From positions 247 through 64,246 of the forward strand of contig CALXXW010000004.1 in assembly GCA_944392785.1 (NCBI GenBank): a stretch of DNA of 64,000 nucleotides. The letters are read 5' to 3'. This document shows positions 38,058 through 48,221 of the stretch, in pieces. The notes under the pieces were generated by a model. The model saw nothing but the letters and a program-made list of their open reading frames with translations. It did no database searches and had not been told where the DNA came from. Position numbers and translations under genes: made by a program. The stretch's first letter is position 1. Every line of letters begins with the position of its first letter. The DNA is from an uncultured Alphaproteobacteria bacterium (lineage in GTDB: Bacteria; Pseudomonadota; Alphaproteobacteria; CAAHEQ01; UBA3637).

Positions 38058-38924
38058 ATGGCCCCGAAAATCCGAATTCCTGTAGCTATTTGTTATGACT
38101 TTGATGATACTTTGGCCCCCGGTAATATGGCCGAGTACGGTTTGATTGAGCGTTTGGGAACAACACCGGAAGCGTTTTGGCCGCAGATTAATACCTTTGC
38201 ACAACGACATGAAATGGATACCATTTTAGCTTATATGCTTTGTATGTGTACAGACTCTGCTACGGCTCAGGCACCTTTGACGCGAGAAGAGTTGAGAGCT
38301 TACGGTCGAAAGATTCGTTTGTTCCCCGGGGTTCAAACTTGGTTTGCACGAATCAACGAATATGCTCGTCAGCGCGGTATTCTATTAGAGCATTATATCA
38401 TTTCTTCAGGACTTAAAGAAATACTGGAAGGCACATCGATTGCTCAAGAATTTCGAGCCATTTTTGCCTCAGCTTTCTTATACAATGAACAGGGTCTTGC
38501 TCGTTGGCCGGCAATGTCGGTTAATTATACCAATAAAACACAGTTCTTGTTTCGAATTAACAAGGGGTGTTTAGATGTGGGCGACAATACATTGATTAAT
38601 CAAAGGATTCCTCAGGAAGAAAAGCATCTGCCTTTTTCTCGGATGATTTATATAGGAGACGGAGAAACGGATGTTCCCTGCATGTTGACACTGAAAAATG
38701 AGGGAGGACACTCCATAGCCGTGTATCGGAAAGATGTTGCGGACTCTTGTCAAAAAGTGCAGCGTTTGCTGCAAGATCGCCGCGTTGATTTTGTCGCTAA
38801 AGCCGATTATCGGGCTCATGGTGAAATTGAGACGTATGTGCAGGCTTTGCTGGATAAAATAGCCGCCGATGCACACCTTCATATCCTGAAACAGAATATG
38901 TGTCTTTATCAAAAAAAGAAATAG
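38058..38924 (+). CDS. HAD-superfamily hydrolase
   Basis: Motif I CYDFDDTL (DxDxT) near the N-terminus and motif IV IYIGDGETDVPCM. Confidence 0.55.
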   Translation: MAPKIRIPVAICYDFDDTLAPGNMAEYGLIERLGTTPEAFWPQINTFAQRHEMDTILAYMLCMCTDSATAQAPLTREELRAYGRKIRLFPGVQTWFARINEYARQRGILLEHYIISSGLKEILEGTSIAQEFRAIFASAFLYNEQGLARWPAMSVNYTNKTQFLFRINKGCLDVGDNTLINQRIPQEEKHLPFSRMIYIGDGETDVPCMLTLKNEGGHSIAVYRKDVADSCQKVQRLLQDRRVDFVAKADYRAHGEIETYVQALLDKIAADAHLHILKQNMCLYQKKK

Positions 38925-38927
38925 TTT

Positions 38928-40328
38928 TTATCGAGTTCTTTTTTTCTGTTTCGTATCCGCCATAGGTAATAGAACCATGGCGCGCAATCCCCCCATGGGA
39001 CTATCCTCTAAATGAATATCCCCCCCATGAGATAAAATGATGTCACGTGTAATGGTCAGGCCTAATCCAACACCGCCGGTTGCTGGATTCCGAGAGGGAT
39101 CCAATCGAAAAAAAGCTTTAAAGACATCGCGACGTTTGTCTTTTGGAATACCAGGGCCATCATCATCGATAATAATTTGAGCCATGGCTCCGCGAATGCC
39201 GAGGGAGATATACGTATGCTGAGCATAGCGTCCGGCATTTGTGATTAAGTTGTTGAGGGCTCGACTTAAATCTGTGTTGCGAGCTAATAGAAAAATATCT
39301 TGTTCGGCATGAATATCAATAAATTGTCCGCCTTTTTTCAGTTTATCCACGATTCCGCAGACCAAATTGACCAATGAAATTTGTTGAGGCTTTTCTTGCC
39401 CTTCACCACGAGCAAAAGCCAAATATCCTCCCAACATTTGCTCCATTTCGGTAATATCCGCCAGCAAATCGGTGACATTTTCATTTGGCTCCATCATCGA
39501 CAGCTGCAGCTTCATGCGCGTTAAGGGCGTTCGCAAGTCATGTGAAACGCCGGCCAGCATGGCCGTCCTCTCGGTTAAATAGCGTTGGATACGATTTTTC
39601 ATCTGGAGAAAAGAAAGCCCGGCTTGTTTGACTTCTGTTGCTCCTTCCGGTTTAAAGGGCTCATCCTTCCCCAGCCCGAACAGCTCAGAGGCACGTGACA
39701 ATCGTTCTATAGAGCGCACTTGATTCTTCATAAATAAAAACGCAATCAAGAAAAATAACATGGAAAAGCCAACCAGCCATACCATAAAAACATAAACGGT
39801 TGAGCTGAAAAAACGCTTCCGAGGAACTCGGACACTCAGAACGCCTTTGTTCAACTGGATATTGATTTGTTGTTGTCTATCGTTTGCGTCCAACATCTGT
39901 GTTGGGTAGGGCAGTTCTTTAAGTGCCTGAAACAGAGGTGTTGTCACTTGGTTTAAATCGGTTGTTTTGTGCGGTATAAGAGTTGCTTTGCTCTGAAAGG
40001 TTATATCCAAATTTAAGTTTTTCTCCAGAAGCTTTAAAAAGGTTGTAATGCGTTCGGGGTCTGCCGTCGTTTCATCCAGCAGTGTGGCAATAGACGAGAC
40101 CTCTCCCACAACATCGGCAGCCAAACGACGACTAATGGTATCCCAATGGCGATTGAAAAAAAAGTTAAAGGCGACAGCTTGTAGCAATACAAGAGGTAAA
40201 AGAATAATCAACACAAAACGGTATAGTAAACTTTTGGGCATAATAGCATGCTTGATGGTACGTATCAGATCATACCCGAAAACCGATAGTGTTTTGATAA
40301 CATTTTTCAAAGAAAGTTTATGTGTCAT
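38928..40328 (-). CDS. Sensor histidine kinase (EnvZ/ChvG-like), two TM segments
   Basis: H-box VSHDLRTPLTRMKLQ. N/G-box HATPase motifs (ITNAGRYAQ, DDDGPGIP, GGVGLGLTI). The start is set at the Met overlapping the response-regulator stop (ATGA overlap); the track ORF extends further upstream. Confidence 0.75.
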   Translation of the reverse strand: MTHKLSLKNVIKTLSVFGYDLIRTIKHAIMPKSLLYRFVLIILLPLVLLQAVAFNFFFNRHWDTISRRLAADVVGEVSSIATLLDETTADPERITTFLKLLEKNLNLDITFQSKATLIPHKTTDLNQVTTPLFQALKELPYPTQMLDANDRQQQINIQLNKGVLSVRVPRKRFFSSTVYVFMVWLVGFSMLFFLIAFLFMKNQVRSIERLSRASELFGLGKDEPFKPEGATEVKQAGLSFLQMKNRIQRYLTERTAMLAGVSHDLRTPLTRMKLQLSMMEPNENVTDLLADITEMEQMLGGYLAFARGEGQEKPQQISLVNLVCGIVDKLKKGGQFIDIHAEQDIFLLARNTDLSRALNNLITNAGRYAQHTYISLGIRGAMAQIIIDDDGPGIPKDKRRDVFKAFFRLDPSRNPATGGVGLGLTITRDIILSHGGDIHLEDSPMGGLRAMVLLPMADTKQKKRTR

Positions 40329-40999
40329 TTGGTAATCAAGGTATATCCTTGTCCTCGAACAGTTTGAATACAAAGCGGTATTTTAATATCATCTTCGATT
40401 TTTTTGCGTAGACGTGTGATCTGCACATCAACGGTGCGCAAGTTATCGGTATCAATCAAGTGTCCCAATTCTTCCCGAGAAACGATCTCTCGCGGTCTGC
40501 TGACAAAAATTTTTAACAGGGCTTGTTCCGCGGTCGTTAGTGATATGGGCTGCCCGTCTTTCAAGAGAATCCCGGCTTTTGTCTGATATATACACGAGCC
40601 AAAATAGATATCTGTCTCCTCTTGTTCAGATGCTTGTCGCTTCAACAGATTTTTCAATCGTAAAATAAGCTCCCGTGGCTCGAATGGTTTGGATAAATAG
40701 TCATCTGCGCCGGCTTCTAGCCCCGTAATACGATTATCAATATCACCCATGGCGGTTAACATAAAAATCGGAGTCGTGATACCTCGTTCACGTAATTCTT
40801 TTGTGAAATCTTGCCCATTTTTATGCGGCATCATAACATCCATAATAATCACATCAAATTGAAAAAGAGTTAAAAGCTCATCTGCTTCATCAGGCAGAGA
40901 AGCCTCGGCTACTTGAAAACCATTTTCACTGAGGTATTTGTGTAAAAGGTGTCTAAGGCGCGTATCATCATCTACAACGAGGATATGTGCTTGCGTCAT
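40325..40999 (-). CDS. OmpR-family response regulator (ChvI-like)
   Basis: Receiver domain ILVVDDDTRLRHLLHKYL...DVIIMDVMMP. C-terminal winged helix ...TVRGQGYTLI. Confidence 0.8.
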   Translation of the reverse strand: MTQAHILVVDDDTRLRHLLHKYLSENGFQVAEASLPDEADELLTLFQFDVIIMDVMMPHKNGQDFTKELRERGITTPIFMLTAMGDIDNRITGLEAGADDYLSKPFEPRELILRLKNLLKRQASEQEETDIYFGSCIYQTKAGILLKDGQPISLTTAEQALLKIFVSRPREIVSREELGHLIDTDNLRTVDVQITRLRKKIEDDIKIPLCIQTVRGQGYTLITK

Positions 41000-41448
41000 T
41001 ATTCCTCCCGTATTTTTTTTAAAAGAGCTTGACCGGCTTTGCCGCCCTTGCCAACCATCTGTTCTTTTAAAATACGTTGCATCATGCGAGCATATGTTTC
41101 TGCTTTTTTGACCTCTGTATCCGTAAAGGTTTCTTTATGACGTAAAAGATCACACAGGACTTGTCCCACTTCGGTCATCAAGGGGTAATCAAAAGTCGTT
41201 CCTTGTCCCTTGATGTCATGAGATTTTCTAAACACAACTTCGATAAGTAGTTTGGATCGTTCTTTTGGAGAGGCTTTTTTGGCGGTTTGTAGAGCTTCTA
41301 AAATGGCCTCAACTTCGACCATCGTCCATTCGGGGTAGGCTTCTTTTAAATCCGTCAGAACTTTCGTTGCTTGTTGTTCTAAGGCAGATGGTTGAGGGGT
41401 TGAGTTATTTTTTTTGAAAATCTCAGGTAAATCGGTATAATCAGACAT
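40999..41448 (-). CDS. Small hypothetical protein encoded upstream of, and co-oriented with, the two-component genes
   Basis: Start reassigned to MSDYTDLPE behind RBS AAAGGGG. The track start at 41511 is the TTG of a putative -35 box (TTGGCA, 18 nt, TATACT on the minus strand at 41482-41511). Confidence 0.4.
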   Translation of the reverse strand: MSDYTDLPEIFKKNNSTPQPSALEQQATKVLTDLKEAYPEWTMVEVEAILEALQTAKKASPKERSKLLIEVVFRKSHDIKGQGTTFDYPLMTEVGQVLCDLLRHKETFTDTEVKKAETYARMMQRILKEQMVGKGGKAGQALLKKIREE

Positions 41449-41618
41449 CTTGTTTTGCCCCTTTCGTTTTCTGGCAGCATCAGTATAACAGAAAATATCC
41501 CAGCTTGCCAAGTTTTTTATTCTACAAAAAAGTTGTTCTTTGGGACGATATCAAAAACGACTGGAGGATAGAGGAAAAAGAAGGGTGAAAATACATCAGG
41601 ACCAAAATAAAGCCTATT

Positions 41619-41705
41619 TGGTGCGGCCAAGAAGACTTGAACTTCCACGAGCTTTCGCCCACAGCGACCTCAACGCTGCGCGTCTACCAATTCCGCCATG
41701 GCCGC
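41619..41705 (-). tRNA. tRNA-Leu (anticodon GAG), type II with long variable arm
   Basis: Reverse complement GCGGCCA-TG-GCGG-AATTGGTAGA-CGCG...CAGCG-TTGAGGT-CGCTG (anticodon GAG)...long variable arm...GGAAG-TTCAAGT-CTTCT-TGGCCGC-A-CCA. It is very similar to the E. coli Leu tRNA D-arm. Confidence 0.8.
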
Positions 41706-41823
41706 GTCCGAAGGTCGATGTGAGTATAGCGAAATTCATTTCTTTTTGCAAGTCTTTTTTTATTTTCCTCTTGTGATTATATAAAAGGTGGTATATTTTC
41801 ATCAAGAGAAAGGAGATAATGAT

Positions 41824-42426
41824 ATGATTGAATTACCACCCTTGCCATATGCTTTAGATGCGTTGGCACCATTTATCAGTAAACAAACGCTTGATTTTCA
41901 TTATAACAAGCATCATGCGGCCTATGTTAAAACAACCAATGACTTGATTGCCAATACGGATATGCAGGATAAAAGCTTGTCAGATATTGTTTTGGAAAGT
42001 GCTGCTGATGCTGTGTTTTCTAAATTATTTAACAATGCGGCTCAGGCTTGGAACCATGGCTTTTTTTGGAATAGTTTAACACCCTATCAACAAAACCAGC
42101 AGATACCCGATGATTTACAAACACAAATCATTGCAGATTTTGGCTCTGTCGAACAAATGAAGTCAGATCTCAAAGCAGCTGCCGTCGGTCGTTTTGGCAG
42201 CGGGTGGGCTTGGTTGGTTTCGGATGCCGGTACATTGAAAGTGATTTCAACTTCTAACGCCGAAACGCCTTTGACACAAGGAAATTTGGTGCCGTTATTG
42301 TGTATTGATGTTTGGGAACATGCTTATTACTTAGACTATCAAAATCGACGAGCCGACTTTGTCGATTCCGTGATTAACCATTTGTTGAATTGGCAGTTTG
42401 CGTATCAAAACTGGAAAGGACAATAG
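41824..42426 (+). CDS. sodB: Fe/Mn-type superoxide dismutase
   Basis: Start at MIELPPLPYALDALAP (ATG 41824 after GGAG). HYNKHHAAYV, FNNAAQAWNHGFFW and DVWEHAYYLDYQNRR motifs. Confidence 0.85.
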   Translation: MIELPPLPYALDALAPFISKQTLDFHYNKHHAAYVKTTNDLIANTDMQDKSLSDIVLESAADAVFSKLFNNAAQAWNHGFFWNSLTPYQQNQQIPDDLQTQIIADFGSVEQMKSDLKAAAVGRFGSGWAWLVSDAGTLKVISTSNAETPLTQGNLVPLLCIDVWEHAYYLDYQNRRADFVDSVINHLLNWQFAYQNWKGQ

Positions 42427-43389
42427 ATGAATGTTTTGATTGTTGGCGGCGCGGGTTATATCGGAGCGCATGTCGTTAAAGCCTGCCTGTCAGCCGGTAT
42501 GACGGTGAGTGTCTTTGATAATCTATCTACAGGGAAAAAGGTTAATCTTTTCCCTCAGGTACGCTTTATCCCGGGTGATATTTTGGACACAAAGGCATTG
42601 GATGCCGCCATGCAGGGACAACAGGCCGTTGTGCACTTGGCGGCTAAAAAAGCCGTCGGGGAGTCTATGGAAAATCCCGAAAAATATGCCGTCAACAATA
42701 TAACGGGGACTTTAAATGTGCTGAACGCTATGGGAAAAGCAGGTGTTCGGCACATTGTCTTTTCTTCATCAGCCGCCGTTTACGGTATCCCTCATATCCC
42801 GGAGATAGATGAAACGGTTCCGACGAATCCCATCAACTTTTATGGGTTTACAAAAAGAGAAATCGAGCGTTTCCTGGTGTGGTATGAACGGCTTCGGGGC
42901 ATTACTTTTGTTGCCTTGCGCTATTTCAACGCCGTCGGATATGATGCCGAGGGAGATATTCGTGGCTTAGAAAGTCATCCTCAAAATCTTTTACCGATCG
43001 TGATGGAAGTGGCTAACGGAACTCGTCAAGAACTGAGCATCTTCGGTCATGATTATCCGACGCCGGATGGGACGTGTATTCGTGACTATGTTCATGTGAC
43101 GGATTTGGCAATCGCTCATGTTCAGGCTTTAACATATTTGGCGTCGGGAAAGGCTAGCCAAATTTTAAATTTGGGAACGGGGAAGGGACATTCCGTTTTG
43201 GATATTGTGCGTCGGACCGAAACACTCACTAAACAGCCGATAAGGTATGTTTTTGCTCCTCGCCGACACGGGGATCCGGCCGAATTACGCGCCTCGGCCG
43301 CCAAAGCAAAGGAAGTGTTGGGCTGGCAGGCGATTCACAGTGATTTGGATACGATTATTCTGACAACGTGGGCACGCTATCAGAGATAA
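42427..43389 (+). CDS. galE: UDP-glucose 4-epimerase (NAD-dependent epimerase/dehydratase)
   Basis: Rossmann motif VLIVGGAGYIGAHVV. Catalytic YxxxK motif within the fold. The length is 320 aa. Confidence 0.7.
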   Translation: MNVLIVGGAGYIGAHVVKACLSAGMTVSVFDNLSTGKKVNLFPQVRFIPGDILDTKALDAAMQGQQAVVHLAAKKAVGESMENPEKYAVNNITGTLNVLNAMGKAGVRHIVFSSSAAVYGIPHIPEIDETVPTNPINFYGFTKREIERFLVWYERLRGITFVALRYFNAVGYDAEGDIRGLESHPQNLLPIVMEVANGTRQELSIFGHDYPTPDGTCIRDYVHVTDLAIAHVQALTYLASGKASQILNLGTGKGHSVLDIVRRTETLTKQPIRYVFAPRRHGDPAELRASAAKAKEVLGWQAIHSDLDTIILTTWARYQR

Positions 43390-43899
43390 GGAAAATGTTG
43401 GGATAAAACTGCCTATCCTCCCGACCCGGGAAAATTTGAGGCTTGCGTTGATTTAAAACAATTCCTAAACGACGAATTGGCCTTGTATGAACCGAGTCTT
43501 TGCAGAGAATACGGGAACTTGAGCGCGGTATTCATCGATGCTTTTGAGCGCGTGTTATACCGGTTTCTCTCAGGTTTCGAAAGATAGCTCTTGTTTCGGA
43601 TTTTTCGTGATGTCGGAGAGTCGAATTCTTGCTGGATGATATGATGTGCTCTGAGTCACATGATGCCTTAATGGAAGATAATGTCTCAGTTGTAAAGGAT
43701 ACGTTAAATGGATAGGCTATTGATAAAAAAAGCCCCTCCAAGTTTAAACGTTGGAGGGGAAAACAGAAAAGGAACAAAAAAAGGGGGAGATGCTCACTCT
43801 TCTGCTCGTGATGTTTGCATGACATAGGGAGACTAAAAGCGCAAACATCGCGATCATCAATTCCTGATGACGAAATAAGTTTACTCTTTTTTGTTGATT

Positions 43900-44330
43900 T
43901 TGTCAACATATTTTTTAACCTCTTTTTAATATTTTTATATCACTGTTGAAATATAATCTTTTTTTTGTGTGAAAGAAGAGATTTTTTTGTTTTGGTTAAA
44001 AAAAGAAAATCAGATTTCCTTTCATTTTTTTGGCAGAAATTAACGAAATATATGAACGAATCAATGATTCTAAATATCAAATTGAAATATAAATATTTTT
44101 TTATTTTTTATGGTAGAGATTCGCTTTGCGATAAAAAAGAACAAAAGAATAACACTCGAATGAATGAAAAATAAAATTGTTTTTTGCTATCAATGATATA
44201 TCATGATATGAAATGGTGTGTTGAACTATATATTGATGTTTAAAAACTAGATATAGGGTCAAGAAGTTTGTGTAAAAAAAAAAGAAAAAAGAGGGTTGCT
44301 TTTTGTTTTTTATTTTTTTATGATAGCCCC
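43900..44330. other. Extremely AT-rich intergenic region upstream of dnaA; candidate replication-origin/DNA-unwinding region
   Basis: ~430 bp of >80% A+T with A/T runs directly 5' of dnaA. No convincing TTATCCACA boxes were found by eye. Confidence 0.25.
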
Positions 44331-44360
44331 ATCAATTCACTTCAGATTAAAGGGTATGAA

Positions 44361-45752
44361 ATGGATTTCAGAGACGACAGCATTCAAACAGAGTGGAGCG
44401 CGATTTGTTCGCGGCTTCAACAGGAAATGGGAGACCGTTTTGCTGTGCGTTGGTTGTCTAAAATTGTGCCGGACTCTATCGAAAATCATTGCGTGAATTT
44501 GTTGAGTCCTTCCCCTTGTATTCATGAGCTGGTTAAGCAGAACTATGCCTCACAAATTTTGGCTTTGTGGCAAAAGGAAAATCCCAATGTGAGTGGCCTG
44601 AACTTTAAGTTGGCGCCACGTTCGTTAGAGACAACGACTTCATCCATTGTATTAAAGGCCCCCAAGACGGCTGTTCAACCGATATCGGCGCGGCCATCAA
44701 TGGTTGAGGATGACAGTCTTCCTTCTTTGTTGGATCCTGCCCATACTTTTGATACGTTTGTCGTGGGAGATTCAAATAAAATGGCAGCAACGGCGGCGCG
44801 GCATGTGGCTGAGTCGGACATGATAACCTTTAATCCGTTGTATATTCACGGAGGCGTCGGATTGGGAAAGACTCACCTCATGCATGCGATTGCTTTGAAA
44901 ATGGGTGAGATTCATCCCGATAAAAAGGTGCTTTATTTGTCCGCAGAACAGTTTTTTCATCGCTTTATGCAGGCCTTGCGTATTGATCAGGACACACGCC
45001 CTTTCCAGAATCGCTTAAGATCTGTGGATGCGTTGTTGATTGATGATATCCAGTTTATTTTTGGTAAGACAGCAACACAAAGTGAATTTGCTCAGACATT
45101 TAATGCTCTGATAGCTGAGGGTAAGAAAATTATTTTGTCCGCTGATAAATCTCCAGCTGACTTGCAGGGGATTGACGAGCGTCTACGCTCTCGCATGACA
45201 CAAGGGTTGGTGGTTGAAATTCATCCGACGGATTATGATTTGCGTTTGAATATTGCCATACAGAAAGCCAAGCAACTGAATAAAGATATTCCATCTGAGG
45301 TGCTGGAGTTTTTGGCACGCCATGTGACGGCTAACATTCGTGAGTTAGAGGGAGCCATCAAGCGGATAACGGCTCATGCCGATTTTATGGATACGCCCAT
45401 TACGATAGAGACAACAAAGGATGTTTTGCAAGACATTTTGAACGTTCATGAACGGCAAGTTTCTGTTCCGGATATTCAACAAACGGTTGCCATTCATTTT
45501 AATCTGACGATTGCTGATTTGAAATCAGTTCGGCGGGAACGGCGCGTGGTGCGTCCGCGGCAATTGGCTATGTATTTAGCCAAAGAGTTGACACCGCTGT
45601 CTTTACCGGATATTGCGATGTGCTTTGGTCGGGATCACACAACGGTGATGCACGCCATTCGGACGATTGAAAATCTATTGCCTCGAGATGCGCAATTGGC
45701 ACGTGATCTGGACGTTATCAAGGCCGAGTTGAAAGGGGATATGAATGGCTGA
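44361..45752 (+). CDS. dnaA: Chromosomal replication initiator protein DnaA
   Basis: Start set to MDFRDDSIQTEW. AAA+ Walker A GGVGLGKTHL. Sensor motifs. C-terminal DNA-binding helix-turn-helix ...LSLPDIAMCFGRDHTTVMHA. Confidence 0.85.
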   Translation: MDFRDDSIQTEWSAICSRLQQEMGDRFAVRWLSKIVPDSIENHCVNLLSPSPCIHELVKQNYASQILALWQKENPNVSGLNFKLAPRSLETTTSSIVLKAPKTAVQPISARPSMVEDDSLPSLLDPAHTFDTFVVGDSNKMAATAARHVAESDMITFNPLYIHGGVGLGKTHLMHAIALKMGEIHPDKKVLYLSAEQFFHRFMQALRIDQDTRPFQNRLRSVDALLIDDIQFIFGKTATQSEFAQTFNALIAEGKKIILSADKSPADLQGIDERLRSRMTQGLVVEIHPTDYDLRLNIAIQKAKQLNKDIPSEVLEFLARHVTANIRELEGAIKRITAHADFMDTPITIETTKDVLQDILNVHERQVSVPDIQQTVAIHFNLTIADLKSVRRERRVVRPRQLAMYLAKELTPLSLPDIAMCFGRDHTTVMHAIRTIENLLPRDAQLARDLDVIKAELKGDMNG

Positions 45753-46188
45753 TTTCCCAACGTTAAACAGTCCTTTTATGCTGGGATTTGATGAGTTGGA
45801 AAATATGCTGTGTCAGGTATCAAAGCGTACCGAGACTTTTCCACCTTACAACATCGAACAGTTGGATAAGAACACTCTGGAAATTACTTTGGCCGTAGCA
45901 GGCTACGGAGAAGCGGACTTAGAGATTACGCAAGAGGATAACCAGTTATTTATTCGCGGGCATAAAGAAAAAAATACCGCCCAGCGTTTTTTGCATCAGG
46001 GGATTGCGTATCGTTCCTTTGTTAAGTCTTTTGTTTTAGCGGACGGTTTGACGATTACGGGGGCTCAGCTTGAAAACGGGATTCTGGCGATTCGTTTGAA
46101 AAGGCCCGAGCGTCAGGTGACGGTGCATCGTATCGCTATTGAAACGCATGCTCAGTCGAAAAAGGTTTTGGGAAGAAAAGTTAAATGA
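45745..46188 (+). CDS. Hsp20/alpha-crystallin-family small heat-shock protein
   Basis: 147 aa. The alpha-crystallin-domain core is YNIEQLDKNTLEITLAVAGYGEADLEITQEDNQLFIRG. Confidence 0.75.
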   Translation: MADFPTLNSPFMLGFDELENMLCQVSKRTETFPPYNIEQLDKNTLEITLAVAGYGEADLEITQEDNQLFIRGHKEKNTAQRFLHQGIAYRSFVKSFVLADGLTITGAQLENGILAIRLKRPERQVTVHRIAIETHAQSKKVLGRKVK

Positions 46189-46409
46189 CAAAAATGTTAA
46201 CGATTGATTTACCCGAAGATGCTTATGTTTTACCGGAAAAGGAATCGGTAAAACAAGATATTGCCTATATTAAACAAGAGATTCGGCATCATCGTGCCGT
46301 TTGGATCGTGTATGATGCAGATGGCTGTGAATTAGCCCAAACACTTAACCGGGAAACGGCTTTTATCGTCGTGCAAGAAAATGATTTAGAGGCTATTTCC
46401 GTCCACTAA
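46185..46409 (+). CDS. Small hypothetical protein co-transcribed with hsp20
   Basis: 74-aa ORF with a 4-nt overlap to hsp20. A small conserved ORF follows hsp20 in many alphaproteobacteria, as recalled. Confidence 0.35.
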   Translation: MTKMLTIDLPEDAYVLPEKESVKQDIAYIKQEIRHHRAVWIVYDADGCELAQTLNRETAFIVVQENDLEAISVH

Positions 46410-46537
46410 AATCGTTTATTTTTAGATTTCTATTGCTTCTGTCGAAAAAGAGACCTATACTATCCTCTGTCTTCGATGATAATCGAATTTATGGCCGATG
46501 ATAAGGCAGTTATATTGTTAGTATAAGGAGTTTAAAT

Positions 46538-46741
46538 ATGCTCTCAGGCAAAGTAAAATGGTTTAACTACAAAAAAGGATATGGTTTTATTGTGCCGGAA
46601 GATGGTGGCAAAGATGTCTTTGTCCATATCACGGCCGTTCGAGAAGCCAAGTTGCATGGGCTTGAAGAAAATCAGCCTATCTCTTATGAAGTTAAAGAAG
46701 AAAATGGTAAAATTTGTGCTACCAACTTGGTGTTGCAGTAA
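46538..46741 (+). CDS. cspA: Cold-shock protein (CspA family)
   Basis: 67 aa. MLSGKVKWFNYKKGYGFIVPEDGGKDVFVH carries RNP1/RNP2-like motifs. Confidence 0.85.
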   Translation: MLSGKVKWFNYKKGYGFIVPEDGGKDVFVHITAVREAKLHGLEENQPISYEVKEENGKICATNLVLQ

Positions 46742-46836
46742 TCGGATAAAATCGGGTTAGAAAAGGGAGATAGAGGCTCTGTTAAAAAGTGTCTGTTTCT
46801 TTATGAATGAACTCGCTTATTCGGAAGTAAGTTTTA

Positions 46837-46870
46837 CAAAAATACCCCTGTCAGAGTGTTTTGACAGGGG
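46837..46870 (-). terminator. Rho-independent terminator downstream of tsf
   Basis: CCCCTGTCAGAGTGTTTTGACAGGGG hairpin, followed on the minus strand by TATTTTT. Confidence 0.6.
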
Positions 46871-46897
46871 TTCATTGTATTAGGTATCAACAGATAC

Positions 46898-47815
46898 TTA
46901 TTGACCGATTTGTTTGGCTACTTCGGCTGCGAAATCTTCTTCTTTTTTCTCGATACCTTCGCCTAAACCAAAGCGAATGAAAGCGCTTACCTTAATATCA
47001 GCCCCGGCTTCTTTAGTGGCTTCGGTGATGACATCTTTAACCTTTTTGTCCGGATCCATGATGAAAGCTTGTTCCATAACGACAACTTCTTCATAGAATT
47101 TACGCAAACGTCCCTCAACCATTTTTTCAATAATGGCAGCCGGTTTACCGGAAGATTTAGCCTGTTCTTCATAAATGCCTTTTTCATGAGCAATGGTGGC
47201 TTCATCCACATCATTAATCGTTAAAAAACGCGGGTTGGCTGCGGCAATATGCATGGCGATTTTTTTACCCATCTCTGTTAAAACAGTTGTATCACCGGCA
47301 CTTTCCAAAGCAACTAAAACGCCGATTTTACCCATGTTCGGCGCAGCGGCCGTGTGAATATACGGAACCACAACACCTTCTTTGACGGAAACATAACCTG
47401 AACGACGCAGATTCATGTTTTCTCCGATTTTAGCAATCAAGGCAGTTAACGTATCCGCCACTGTTTTACCGTTCATATCCGCTGCTTTAATGGCTTCCAT
47501 ATCACCCTTTTGTGTCAAGGCAATTTCGGTGACCTCGCCTAAGAATGTTTGGAAATCGCTGTTTTTAGCGACGAAATCTGTTTCGGAGTTCAATTCAACA
47601 ATCGCTCCTTCTTTACCGGCAACGGCAATACCGACCAATCCTTGGCTGGCGACGCGACCGGCCTTCTTTTCAGCAACGGACATACCTTTTTTGCGCAAGA
47701 AGTCGATAGCAGCCTCTAAATCACCCCCGACCTCTGTCAGAGCTTTTTTGCACTCCATCATACCGGCTCCGGTTTTTTCACGCAACTCTTTAACTAAACT
47801 TGCTTTAATTTCCAT
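46898..47815 (-). CDS. tsf: Elongation factor Ts
   Basis: MEIKASLVKELREKTGAGMMECKKALTEVGGDLEAAIDFLRKKG matches the canonical EF-Ts N-terminus. Confidence 0.9.
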   Translation of the reverse strand: MEIKASLVKELREKTGAGMMECKKALTEVGGDLEAAIDFLRKKGMSVAEKKAGRVASQGLVGIAVAGKEGAIVELNSETDFVAKNSDFQTFLGEVTEIALTQKGDMEAIKAADMNGKTVADTLTALIAKIGENMNLRRSGYVSVKEGVVVPYIHTAAAPNMGKIGVLVALESAGDTTVLTEMGKKIAMHIAAANPRFLTINDVDEATIAHEKGIYEEQAKSSGKPAAIIEKMVEGRLRKFYEEVVVMEQAFIMDPDKKVKDVITEATKEAGADIKVSAFIRFGLGEGIEKKEEDFAAEVAKQIGQ

Positions 47816-48221
47816 TTTTTTGTTCCTTTCGTGTTTGTTTCAATGAATTATTTTATTTTCACTTCTTTCTCGGCCGCTTTCTTCGCCTGACGCTGAGCGA
47901 ATGGGACTTACACACTATTTTGGTTCTTAGAACAAGGGTGATTAGGATATTCAGCAGAGCATCCTCTTTATCTGTTTCGGCAGCCGGTCCGACTCAACGT
48001 TTTTTGTGAGATTTCTTTCCCATCTTTTGAGGATATTCCTCTGACTCCCTCATCTTGCTATTGTCCCCCATTTTTTTAGCCGCTTTTAGTGTTTGTCCCA
48101 TACATGTCCAGGTGTTTTTCCATCCGCCTTTTTTGAGTTTTTTCTTTCCGATTCGGATATTTTTAGATAACACTCTGAAATTTTGTCAGGTTTCGGTTGT
48201 TTTTTTCTCCCTTTGCCTTGG

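Noticed and set aside
41540-41805. Track ORFs 41540..41776 (+) and 41614..41805 (-)
   Set aside because: Both overlap the tRNA-Leu(GAG) gene at 41619-41705.
43532-43909. 125-aa minus-strand ORF in the galE-dnaA intergenic region
   Set aside because: No RBS and no recognisable fold. The region is better explained as non-coding (AT-rich origin-like sequence plus terminator hairpin).
43390-44360. Search for DnaA boxes (TTATCCACA) to confirm oriC
   Set aside because: Only weak partial matches were seen by eye (for example GGGATAAAA at ~43400). The origin assignment is left as low-confidence rather than called.
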